NCBI GenBank assembly: GCA_036336595.1
Contig: JAYZFV010000032.1
Span: 1 to 62,238 of the forward strand
Direction: 5' to 3'
From: Thermoplasmatota archaeon
GTDB taxonomy: Archaea > Thermoplasmatota > Poseidoniia > Poseidoniales > Thalassarchaeaceae
Length of the DNA: 62,238 nt
Shown: one piece after another, positions 25,999-33,896 of the stretch
Layout of the letters: each line of letters begins with the position of its first letter
How positions within the stretch are numbered: the first letter of the stretch is position 1
The notes under the pieces: generated by a model
What the model was told of the DNA's origin: nothing
Databases searched by the model: none
What the model saw: only the letters and a program-made list of their open reading frames with translations
Made by a program: the position numbers and the translations under genes

Positions 25999-28608
25999 TC
26001 AAGAAAGGCCCGGATGGAACCCCGAGAGACCTAGAATTAGGCGCTCAGCCACCGACTGATCACCACTCATAATCATCTCAATGGTAAATTTCGGCCATCT
26101 ATCGGCAGGTTGGGCAAGCCAACCCACTAGATCATGCGTTCTACCGAAGACCGGTGGAGTCTTGTCACGCGCGGACTCGAGGGCGTTCAGCAAGTCACTC
26201 AACGGGTCGAGATTCTCCGTAGAGATATCGTCGCTGGAAATGTTTCGCATCCTATTCTGTAGCGGTTGTATCAACTCGGGGTCGCAACCTGGGTGCGCGA
26301 TCGAAGAGAGGCCGGGGGCAACACATTCCTCACCAATGGGACGCAGGATGGTGGCGCACCATGGAGACCGGTGGGACAGTAGATCATCCATGCTATCCTC
26401 CTGAAGAAGTCGCATTAGCATCTCAGAGGAGATCGGAGCCCACCACCCCGACGGCAAATCTCTTCGAAATTGCTGAATCGCCTCTAAATCAGCCTTTTGT
26501 TCCCCCAAAGCGTGGTTCAGGAGTTTGGACCATATATTGAGGCAATGGCCCCCTGGTAACTGCGATCCCCGCTCCCTGATTCTGTGAATCATCTCTTCGT
26601 GCTCCTCGGGTGAGCTCTGGGTGTTGCCGTACAACCATGATACCCCTCGCAACGCAGAAAGAGATTCTCTCGGGGGTTCTGACAACCATGCCTCCACTGC
26701 CCAGCCGAGAAGATCGCCATGGGAGTCATCTGGCAGCCAGGCCGAATTCTGGATAAATTGGGAGGCTAACCAAGCCGCGCCTCTGTTTGCTTGGGTTGGA
26801 TCTATGGCTGGCCATGATCGAAGTAGATTGTCAGGATCCTCCCTGAGCTTCGCGGTAATCATCTCTGCGTATAGTTCCAATACCGAATCGGGAGCTTGGT
26901 CGGCGACGCTGGAAATCTTGTCTAGGGGGAGATGATCGACATCCAAGAGGGCGAGCCACTCTGGATCCAGCCTGGTTGACAGACGTTGCCACCTTGGCCA
27001 CCTTGCCCACTGAGGCGAGGCGATCCAAGCTGCAAGTGGGTATCTCGCCTCCATCTGGTTGGCCCACTCCTCATCACCCTCGGGAAATTGTGACGCTGCT
27101 GAGCCGACGATCGATGCCATGTCTCCGTCAAGCTTCAAAGGGGTGAATTCGAGACTAGGAGCACGTCCGAGAATATCCCAAGGGGAAATTGTGTACTGTT
27201 CGTCGTCATGGGATGATGCGATGGCCGTGGTCTCCTCCATTAGCCGGATCGGAATTGTCTTGCCGCCTTTTGTGGAGAAATTCAGCCATGGAAGAGTCCG
27301 CAAACGATCCAAACCCAATCTGTCGAGACCCGTGAAGGGAGGCATCATCTCATCCAATAGCACCAATCTCAAGTTCGGGTGCGATGCAACGACCGATAGC
27401 ACATCGTTGGGCAAGTGAACCCCTATCTCCAGAACAAGCGGGGTCCCGTCAACTTCCTGCAAGGACCAGAGAATGAGTGACTCGATAGCAGACTTCCCCA
27501 GCCCTCTGAGGTCGACTAGTCTGATGGATGATTCCTCGATCGAGAAGCTCGCGCTGCCCCAGTCCCTCCTGAAACGTCGCCATGTCGAGTCGTCGGTCTT
27601 GACCCTCCTGGAAGTCGAGATTCTGTCACGGAGAGCCTGTAGCCTCCTTCGTCGCTCGTGGTCAGTCAGCCTTGGATGCGCCCTCTGTATCCAATAATCC
27701 AGTGCTGACATTGGGTAATCCCTGCCCTCCAGATGTAAACCGCCCAAATCAGCGACCACTACCGCATTCGACTTTGCTGACCTGAGCAAGACCGATCTAG
27801 GGAGCCTCTCCTTTATCGGTGCGGCGATAGGCTGGTTCGGGCGGACATCAGGGGCCATCTCATGGCACGAGCCCAAGAGCCATGGGCCGCGGTGGTAAGC
27901 GAGTTCGGCGAGTGGTGGGTCTGGCTTAGAGCGCGGCGGTGAGAACCACGCCCCCGGAGAGACGGTGATTGACGGATCCTCGTCGAGCATCCTCGCCCTC
28001 ATCACACCAACAACCGAAGCCTGGCCCACGTACGCCTCGATCCTCTCGGGGTCTGCGAGGTCTGGGGGGGCTTCCACCACTTCCATGTTGCCGAGATCGA
28101 ACCAGCGCGGAGAACGCTCTGTCAGCACGGCCCAATTCCAAGACACCCCCTGGTTTCTCGTGGAAGCAGGATGGTCGCCTGAGGGCGGTGGTAGGCGATT
28201 TGGTATTAGCACCAGGGGATCACTAGGCGGACTGAGAAAACAAAGGAGGAGGTTTGCCTCATCCCGGGAGAGGATGCAGCAGCCATTCCGATTTGAGGGC
28301 AGTTCGGTGACGGTCAACGCTTTCGACCACTCGTCATCCTGCATCGTCATCCATCCCTTCTCAGTCAAGCGAATTTGTGATCCACGGCTCCCTGGTGGCA
28401 AGTCGCTGGAGACTAATCCCTCTTCCCTCATCCTGCGAATTTCGGCCGATGCATGAGGCACCCTCAATCCCGAATCCACCGCTAGTTCACTCACAGTTGC
28501 TTCACCCTCTGCGAGCCTAGAAATGAGCCTCGAACGATGCTTGCTCCTTATTCTGCGAGGTGAGATGGAATGGGCCCCCCCCACATCACTCTCGGAACCA
28601 ATTGACAC
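25999..28608 (-). CDS. Large orphan protein with an N-terminal winged-helix DNA-binding domain
   Basis: Uninterrupted 869-codon ORF (GTG start). Residues about 25-85 read like an ArsR/TrmB-type wHTH: LISRLAEGEATVSELAVDSGLRVPHASAEIRRMREEGLVSSD...IRLTEKG. The rest is Trp/Leu-rich, probably helical repeats, with no recognisable catalytic motif or P-loop. Confidence 0.6.
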   Translation of the reverse strand: MSIGSESDVGGAHSISPRRIRSKHRSRLISRLAEGEATVSELAVDSGLRVPHASAEIRRMREEGLVSSDLPPGSRGSQIRLTEKGWMTMQDDEWSKALTVTELPSNRNGCCILSRDEANLLLCFLSPPSDPLVLIPNRLPPPSGDHPASTRNQGVSWNWAVLTERSPRWFDLGNMEVVEAPPDLADPERIEAYVGQASVVGVMRARMLDEDPSITVSPGAWFSPPRSKPDPPLAELAYHRGPWLLGSCHEMAPDVRPNQPIAAPIKERLPRSVLLRSAKSNAVVVADLGGLHLEGRDYPMSALDYWIQRAHPRLTDHERRRRLQALRDRISTSRRVKTDDSTWRRFRRDWGSASFSIEESSIRLVDLRGLGKSAIESLILWSLQEVDGTPLVLEIGVHLPNDVLSVVASHPNLRLVLLDEMMPPFTGLDRLGLDRLRTLPWLNFSTKGGKTIPIRLMEETTAIASSHDDEQYTISPWDILGRAPSLEFTPLKLDGDMASIVGSAASQFPEGDEEWANQMEARYPLAAWIASPQWARWPRWQRLSTRLDPEWLALLDVDHLPLDKISSVADQAPDSVLELYAEMITAKLREDPDNLLRSWPAIDPTQANRGAAWLASQFIQNSAWLPDDSHGDLLGWAVEAWLSEPPRESLSALRGVSWLYGNTQSSPEEHEEMIHRIRERGSQLPGGHCLNIWSKLLNHALGEQKADLEAIQQFRRDLPSGWWAPISSEMLMRLLQEDSMDDLLSHRSPWCATILRPIGEECVAPGLSSIAHPGCDPELIQPLQNRMRNISSDDISTENLDPLSDLLNALESARDKTPPVFGRTHDLVGWLAQPADRWPKFTIEMIMSGDQSVAERLILGLSGFHPGLS

Positions 28609-28865
28609 GAACTATCACCTACAAATAAAGTCACATTGCAACCTAGTATTAAATTATACTATTTCATTACATTTAATTACACATTTCCACTGGAAAAGTT
28701 ACTGCTTCCAATTGTGCACCGTATATTAGGTGTGATTATTCACAGTATTGTGTCACTATCTGTAACCAACGAGGCGAATTATATACAGAAGCGTTATATC
28801 ACCATCCGCCCTCCTGTGAAAGACGGCTCGAGGACAGGGGCGCGGATAACCCAGGGTGATGGAAA
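28609..28865. other. AT-rich divergent intergenic island with an exact mini-ORB core
   Basis: Sharp drop in GC. TTTCCACTGGAAAA at 28684-28697 (reverse complement contains TTCCAGTGGAAA). CCAATTG-containing repeats at 28598-28608 and 28708-28719. ATTACA tandem repeats at 28667-28682. TATA-like TTATATAC at 28779-28786, upstream of the 83-aa gene. Confidence 0.5.
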
Positions 28866-29117
28866 ATGAGAACAACTAGACTAAGGCAGAAGATCAAGAA
28901 ATTCCTAGATGAGAGGGGGGAGGCGAACACGACCGAGATCCTCGAGCACGTGAACTCTACGATGAGGCACGGGACGACACCTCAACAGCTTGGTAACGTC
29001 CTATCGAAGGACAAGGACATCCTGAAGGTCGCCACGACCAAGCGCGGTGGCGCGCTATCGGGAAGGTACGAGATATGCGTGTGGCAGGTCCGCCCGGGCG
29101 CTCTAGACAAGAGCTGA
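28866..29117 (+). CDS. Small (83 aa) winged-helix-like protein
   Basis: Pattern helix-turn-helix plus wing: KIKKFLDERGEANTTEILEHVNS...TPQQLGNVLSKDKDILKV...GRYEICVWQV. No family assignment possible by eye. Confidence 0.45.
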   Translation: MRTTRLRQKIKKFLDERGEANTTEILEHVNSTMRHGTTPQQLGNVLSKDKDILKVATTKRGGALSGRYEICVWQVRPGALDKS

Positions 29118-30143
29118 TCAGACTTCCAATTCCTCGCTCCAGTCACCGCTGCGAGCCAATCCGCTCATGTTGGCACGGTGCGAGAAGGCGCGTTGGCTGG
29201 CGGCACTAGAGTCGGCTCCGGAGCCAGCCCACTTCCTCAGGGCCTCGGACTGGAGCGCCCTGCCATAGGAGTACGAGAGCTCCCAAGGGTGCTCGACATC
29301 CATCTTATTCATCAGATTCAGGTGGGCCGTGGCGTCCTCGTCGGATTGTCCCCCGGAGAGGAAGACGATGCCGGGGAGATCGTGGGGGACGTGATGGGTC
29401 AGGCAATCCACGGTCATTTGGGCAACCTCCTCCCTAGAAATCTGTGTCTCGCATCCCTTGCCGGCGATCACCATGTTCGGTTTGAGCAGGGAGCCGGGGA
29501 TGTGCACGCCCTGGGCAGCGCACTCGGCGAAGGTTGCGTCTAGGGTAGAGGCTGTGACTTCGAAGCAACGCTGGGCGTCATGTTCCCCCTCCATCAGGAC
29601 CTCTGGCTCGATGATGGGCACTAGGCCCTGCTCCTGGCAGATGGCAGCATACCGTGCGAGTGCGTGGGCGTTGACGGAGATGCAGGCCGCGCTTGGAATG
29701 CCATCTCCGATTCTAATCACAGCGCGCCACTTGGCGAAGCGGGCACCCATGGCGAAATACTCGGTGCAGCGCTCCCTGAGACCATCGAGTCCCTCAGTCA
29801 CCTTCTCATCTGTGTGATGTGCTAGGTCCTTGGCTCCAGTATCGACCTTGATCCCGGGGTGAATGCCCCTAGCGGAGAGTGCATCGGGAATCGGAGTCCC
29901 ATCGTCCATGGACTGGCGTATCGTCTCATCGAATAGGATAACGCCGCTGACGGCCGACTCGTAGCCCTCGGTGGCGAACAGGTTGGCACGATACGCACGC
30001 CTTGCCTCTGATGATGGTTCTACTCCGACTGCTTGCAGTCTGTTTGACATCGTCCCGTTGCTCTCATCGGCAGCAAGAACACCCCTCCCAGGAGCCACTA
30101 GCTCCCCGGCTGTTCTCTCCAAGAGTTCCTTATCCAATCCCAT
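29118..30143 (-). CDS. fba: Fructose-bisphosphate aldolase, class I (classical eukaryote/bacterial type)
   Basis: GVLAADESNGTMSNRL, GIKVDTG, and the Schiff-base lysine context SLLKPNMV; LSGGQSDEDAT and WELSYSYGRALQ are canonical class I (Glycolytic family) motifs. Confidence 0.9.
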   Translation of the reverse strand: MGLDKELLERTAGELVAPGRGVLAADESNGTMSNRLQAVGVEPSSEARRAYRANLFATEGYESAVSGVILFDETIRQSMDDGTPIPDALSARGIHPGIKVDTGAKDLAHHTDEKVTEGLDGLRERCTEYFAMGARFAKWRAVIRIGDGIPSAACISVNAHALARYAAICQEQGLVPIIEPEVLMEGEHDAQRCFEVTASTLDATFAECAAQGVHIPGSLLKPNMVIAGKGCETQISREEVAQMTVDCLTHHVPHDLPGIVFLSGGQSDEDATAHLNLMNKMDVEHPWELSYSYGRALQSEALRKWAGSGADSSAASQRAFSHRANMSGLARSGDWSEELEV

Positions 30144-30231
30144 GCCTCGTCACCACGGAGGGTGGAGTCAGAAAAGAAGCCATCGTCGGAAATCTCTGTG
30201 ACTCAGCAGCGATTGAGGGCGGGAATTCCCC

Positions 30232-31185
30232 CTATGCGTCAGTCTCGGAGGAGACAAGCCTGTGAACCCCGGAAGAGACCTCTATGACCTCTGATTGCAC
30301 GGAGGCCCTCCCGTTGCCGAAGAACTCGACGCCTCTGGTTCGGCCACTGCACACGCCGGTGCCGATGAAGACCGAGTCCTCCGATGCACAAAGTTCGTCG
30401 CGATCCCAGATTCGCTCAATGTCGCCTTCTATCATGAGTTCGGCGCGCTCCCGGTGCCCCTCGTTCTTGAACACGAGGCGCCCCTCGAACGGGGCATCGA
30501 GTCCACGCAGGGCAGTGGCGGTGATGACTCCCTCTGGTGCTGCCCCTATGCCCATCAGCATGTCGATCTGAGAATTTGGGTCTGCAGCATCGAGGGCGGC
30601 GGAGATGTCCCCGTCACCTATGAGCACGATATCGACGTCGAGCGCACGCAGGTCACGGAGGAGGTCCTCGTGCCGGGGGCGTTCCATTACCACGATTCGG
30701 AGGTCGTTCGGGCGCTTGTCGAGAGCCGCGCAAGCCGCCTCGACGTTGTAGGCCACGTCGGCCTCGAGGCTGACTTCGCCGGCCACGGCCGCGGGCCCGG
30801 CAATCTTGTCCATGTAGCAGTCTGGAGCGTGAAGAAGCGAGCCCCTCGGGCCCGCAGAGAGTACTGCCATAGCATTCGGGAGGTCCAGAGCTACGTGGTT
30901 TGTGCACTCCAAGGGGTCAACTGCGATGTCGATTGATGGTGCAGAAGGATCGCCCTGCATCGATCCGAGCGGCTCCCCTATCCAAAGCATGGGCGCATCG
31001 TCGCGCTCTCCCTCACCGATGGCGACCCTGCCGTCGAACGGAACGGTGTCGAAGACTGCTCGCATGGCCTCTACTGCAGCCCCATCGGCTCCCTTGCGAT
31101 CACCGTGACCCTTCCATTTGGCGGCAGCCACAGCAGCAGCCTCGGTCGCACGCAGAAAGTGCGGGACAAGGTCGGTAGTCGCCAT
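30232..31185 (-). CDS. glpX: Fructose-1,6-bisphosphatase class II (GlpX type)
   Basis: ATEAAAVAAAKWKGHGDRKGADGAAVEAMR, IGEGERDDAPMLWIGEPLG, DIAVDPLECTN, GIGAAPEGVITA. ATG 31185 chosen; the upstream 123 codons of the ORF are Arg/Ala-rich read-through. Confidence 0.88.
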   Translation of the reverse strand: MATTDLVPHFLRATEAAAVAAAKWKGHGDRKGADGAAVEAMRAVFDTVPFDGRVAIGEGERDDAPMLWIGEPLGSMQGDPSAPSIDIAVDPLECTNHVALDLPNAMAVLSAGPRGSLLHAPDCYMDKIAGPAAVAGEVSLEADVAYNVEAACAALDKRPNDLRIVVMERPRHEDLLRDLRALDVDIVLIGDGDISAALDAADPNSQIDMLMGIGAAPEGVITATALRGLDAPFEGRLVFKNEGHRERAELMIEGDIERIWDRDELCASEDSVFIGTGVCSGRTRGVEFFGNGRASVQSEVIEVSSGVHRLVSSETDA

Positions 31186-31210
31186 GTGGCGGGGAGGGGG
31201 GGCGAGACGT

Positions 31211-31711
31211 TCAATCCTGCGGGTCGCCCTTTGACTTCCTAACCACGCGGACGCCCTGCACCCTGGCGTTCGGGTACTGGCCTTCGGCGTCCTTCTCAAT
31301 CGGCTTGAGCATGTCCCAAGCACACAGAAGCCCGGCGCTGACGCCACACAGCGCCTCCATCTCCACACCCGTCGTCCAGTGAGTCCGAACCGAAACGGTG
31401 CAGCGCAATCCTGCTTCCTCGACCTCCCAATCGACCGTGCAGCCCTCGATTGGCACGGGGTGGCAGTGCGGCAGGGTCCTAGGCGTCTCCTTGACAGCCT
31501 GGATTGCAGCAACGGTGGATGCCTCGCGCACGTCGCCCTTGGGTGAGCGGCCATGCGCGACCACGTCTAGTCCCTCGGGGGACAGCGTCAGAACACCAGT
31601 GGCAACGGCCTCACGGGCGACGACCGGTTTCGAGCCGACATCTACGATACCTGTCCACGAGCCCTCCATAACCACACCAGACACCCCTCGGATGGCATTC
31701 TCCCTCTTCAT
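31211..31711 (-). CDS. moaC: Cyclic pyranopterin monophosphate synthase MoaC
   Basis: IVDVGSKPVVAREAVATG, KGDVREASTVAAIQAVKETPRTLPHCHP, TGVEMEALCGVSAGLLCAWDMLK. ATG 31711 (or 31669); the remaining upstream ORF is read-through. Confidence 0.85.
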   Translation of the reverse strand: MKRENAIRGVSGVVMEGSWTGIVDVGSKPVVAREAVATGVLTLSPEGLDVVAHGRSPKGDVREASTVAAIQAVKETPRTLPHCHPVPIEGCTVDWEVEEAGLRCTVSVRTHWTTGVEMEALCGVSAGLLCAWDMLKPIEKDAEGQYPNARVQGVRVVRKSKGDPQD

Positions 31712-31763
31712 AGGCTCGCAAGAGCGGCATTGGGATGAAATACCAACATGTGGATTGGACAGC

Positions 31764-32024
31764 ATGGCGGAGGCGTTCCGTGACAGGGCCACCCCCGGGA
31801 CGGTGCCGATCCTGATATCGGGCTTGGCGCACGACAGGCCCGCTACCGATGGCGTCAAGCTACAGGTGATCGACGACCTCTGCGTTGGCTGCTCGTACTG
31901 TCTGATGGCTTGCAAAGACGATGCACTAGTCGTCGAAGGGCTGTGCGAGGTCATCGAGCAGAACTGCACCGACTGCCTCCTTTGCCTGCTGTGGTGCCCG
32001 ACGGGCGCCTTGGTGTACGCATGA
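31764..32024 (+). CDS. 2x[4Fe-4S] ferredoxin-like protein
   Basis: The C-terminal 55 aa carry two cluster motifs: CVGCSYCLMAC and CTDCLLCLLWCP. Divergent from moaC with a 52-bp spacer. The start ATG 31764 is inferred. Confidence 0.6.
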   Translation: MAEAFRDRATPGTVPILISGLAHDRPATDGVKLQVIDDLCVGCSYCLMACKDDALVVEGLCEVIEQNCTDCLLCLLWCPTGALVYA

Positions 32025-32033
32025 GGTGGGGCA

Positions 32034-33377
32034 ATGGGGAGATCGAAGGCCGTAGTGATCGGTGCGGGCATCGGGGGGTTATCATCAGCGGCCCGACTCG
32101 CGCAGACAGGAAAGTACGACGTCTCGGTCTATGAGAGGATGTCGTTCGCTGGAGGCCGCTTCACCCAACACGACCACGACGGATTCCAGATTCCCACTGG
32201 CGCGGTCCACATGATCCCACACGGGCGCAAGGGACCGTTCGCAGACCTCCTGTTGGGGAAGCGTGGCAAAGAAGGGCTGGATCTCGGGCGTCACGGCGTC
32301 GATTTCCTCCCGACGACCAAGTTCGCGTGCCAACTCAAGGACGGAGGGCTCCACGGCGCCAATTCCGTCTACGGGATCCTGCCTTGGTTCCCAATGAAGA
32401 ACACGCTGAACCTGCCCCGGCTCCTCGCTAAGCGCGCTAAGCGACCCTGGGGGGATGAGGGCGAGGATGGGCGTACGTGGCTGAAACGCTTGTTCACGGA
32501 TGACTTCATTGACTTCTTGGACGCGTTTTCCAACTTCGCCATCAGCCTGCGCTTCGACCAGATGCCCGCCTCGACGGTCGTCAGGATACTGCAGAACTCA
32601 TTCTGGAGCGACAGGCCCCACATTCCCAAAGGTGGGTGCAAAGGGGTGATTGACGGATTGAGGGCCGATTTGAAGCAGCATGGGGCGCGGGTCAAGCTGT
32701 CGCACGAGATCACCGAGATTCTGCCTGGGAATGCGGAGGAGTCCACCAAGGGGAACCGGTTCTGCATAGGCGTGAGGCGCCGAGGCAGGGAAGCCCCGAC
32801 CTGGATAGGTGCCGATGCGATCGTCCACAATGGCGGGCACCCCAACCTCCTGAGCTCCCTCTCTGACGACTTCGAGGTGGCAGAGGGCGTCCGCGAACAG
32901 GTCGCGAACACCCAGGCAGTCGGCGGAATCGGCTTCGTCTTCGACCTTGACGACGAGATTCCGCATCGCGACAGCGGGGTGACGATGCTGCCGAACCTCG
33001 ACAGGGTCGGTGGCTACGTGATACCGACCTTCTCGGAGCCTGAGTTGGCTCCAGAGGGAAGACACATGATGATCACGCACCAGTACGTTCCCGACCCCAG
33101 CGTGAAGTCCGAGATTGCCAAGGGCAGGGAGGACCTGCACGAGGCGATACCCTGGCTCTCCGACCACGGCGAAGAGCTGTGCGTACACACCTACCACAGG
33201 AACTGGCCCTGCAACCGCGCCCCGCAGGGAGCGGAGCTCCCAGCTGACATCGGGGTCGAGGGCATCAGGCTCGTCGGGGATGGGGTGAAGGGGCATGGGT
33301 GGATGATGGTCGAGGGGATTGCAGCCAACGTTCCGAGCGCTGTTAGGGACGTCAGCAAGACGATGGATGCGGCCTAG
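32034..33377 (+). CDS. FAD-dependent oxidoreductase, phytoene-desaturase (CrtI/COG1233-like) family
   Basis: N-terminal dinucleotide fold KAVVIGAGIGGLSSAARLAQTGKYDVSVYERMSFAGGR. Length and the C-terminal GDGV..G motif fit the amine-oxidase/CrtI superfamily. Confidence 0.78.
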   Translation: MGRSKAVVIGAGIGGLSSAARLAQTGKYDVSVYERMSFAGGRFTQHDHDGFQIPTGAVHMIPHGRKGPFADLLLGKRGKEGLDLGRHGVDFLPTTKFACQLKDGGLHGANSVYGILPWFPMKNTLNLPRLLAKRAKRPWGDEGEDGRTWLKRLFTDDFIDFLDAFSNFAISLRFDQMPASTVVRILQNSFWSDRPHIPKGGCKGVIDGLRADLKQHGARVKLSHEITEILPGNAEESTKGNRFCIGVRRRGREAPTWIGADAIVHNGGHPNLLSSLSDDFEVAEGVREQVANTQAVGGIGFVFDLDDEIPHRDSGVTMLPNLDRVGGYVIPTFSEPELAPEGRHMMITHQYVPDPSVKSEIAKGREDLHEAIPWLSDHGEELCVHTYHRNWPCNRAPQGAELPADIGVEGIRLVGDGVKGHGWMMVEGIAANVPSAVRDVSKTMDAA

Positions 33378-33809
33378 TCAGCCGAGTCCGGCCTTCCAGA
33401 ACTCACCGTCCACGCGTACTTCCTTCTTCCAGAGCGGTGCCTGCCCCTTCAGCTCGGAGATCAGCCAAGAGCAGGCGGCGAAGCCCTCCGTTCGATGTGC
33501 GGATCCCACGTGAATGCATACGATCGGCTCACCCGGTCCCACCGAGCCGGTTCGATGTGCCACCACCACGGAGCTGACTCCGAACCTATCGACAGCCTGC
33601 TCGGCAAGGCCCTCTAGAACCCCGGGGAGCATCTCCCCCCAAGCGTCGAACTCCAGTCGCTCGACGGTAACTCCGTCCTCTTGTCCCCGTGTCAGGCCGA
33701 CGAAGCTGACGACGCTGCCGCAACCATCGGCGTCGACCATAGCTCGAAGCGCTTCGGGGTCGAGTGTGTCTTCGGCGACTTCCACGTGGACACTGTCGCT
33801 GCTGGACAT
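33378..33809 (-). CDS. moaE: Molybdopterin synthase catalytic subunit MoaE
   Basis: GSVVSFVGLTRG, VAHRTGSVGPGEPIVCIHVGSAHR and LKGQAPLWKKE are MoaE hallmarks. Confidence 0.85.
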   Translation of the reverse strand: MSSSDSVHVEVAEDTLDPEALRAMVDADGCGSVVSFVGLTRGQEDGVTVERLEFDAWGEMLPGVLEGLAEQAVDRFGVSSVVVAHRTGSVGPGEPIVCIHVGSAHRTEGFAACSWLISELKGQAPLWKKEVRVDGEFWKAGLG

Positions 33810-33896
33810 GCTCTCGGTCCCTGAGCGCTGGCATTACTGCTTCAATCCGCCGCTTGCGAACCATTCGTTCAAGGCTGGCACCCTCCTCTTGCAATC

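Noticed and set aside
25729-26059. Plus-strand ORFs 25729..26034 (101 aa) and 25868..26059 (63 aa) in the gap.
   Set aside because: Their composition is Arg/Ser/Cys/Trp-rich and no family resemblance is visible. They overlap the 3' end of the 869-aa gene. They are more likely non-coding.
31186-31554. N-terminal 123-codon extension of the GlpX ORF (30232..31554).
   Set aside because: It is Arg/Ala/Cys-rich with no homology pattern and would run into moaC. GlpX similarity begins exactly at the ATG at 31185.
31712-32071. Upstream part of the minus-strand ORF 31211..32071 (would make a 286-aa MoaC).
   Set aside because: MoaC similarity starts near 31711. The opposite strand in this region encodes a convincing 2x[4Fe-4S] ferredoxin (31764..32024).
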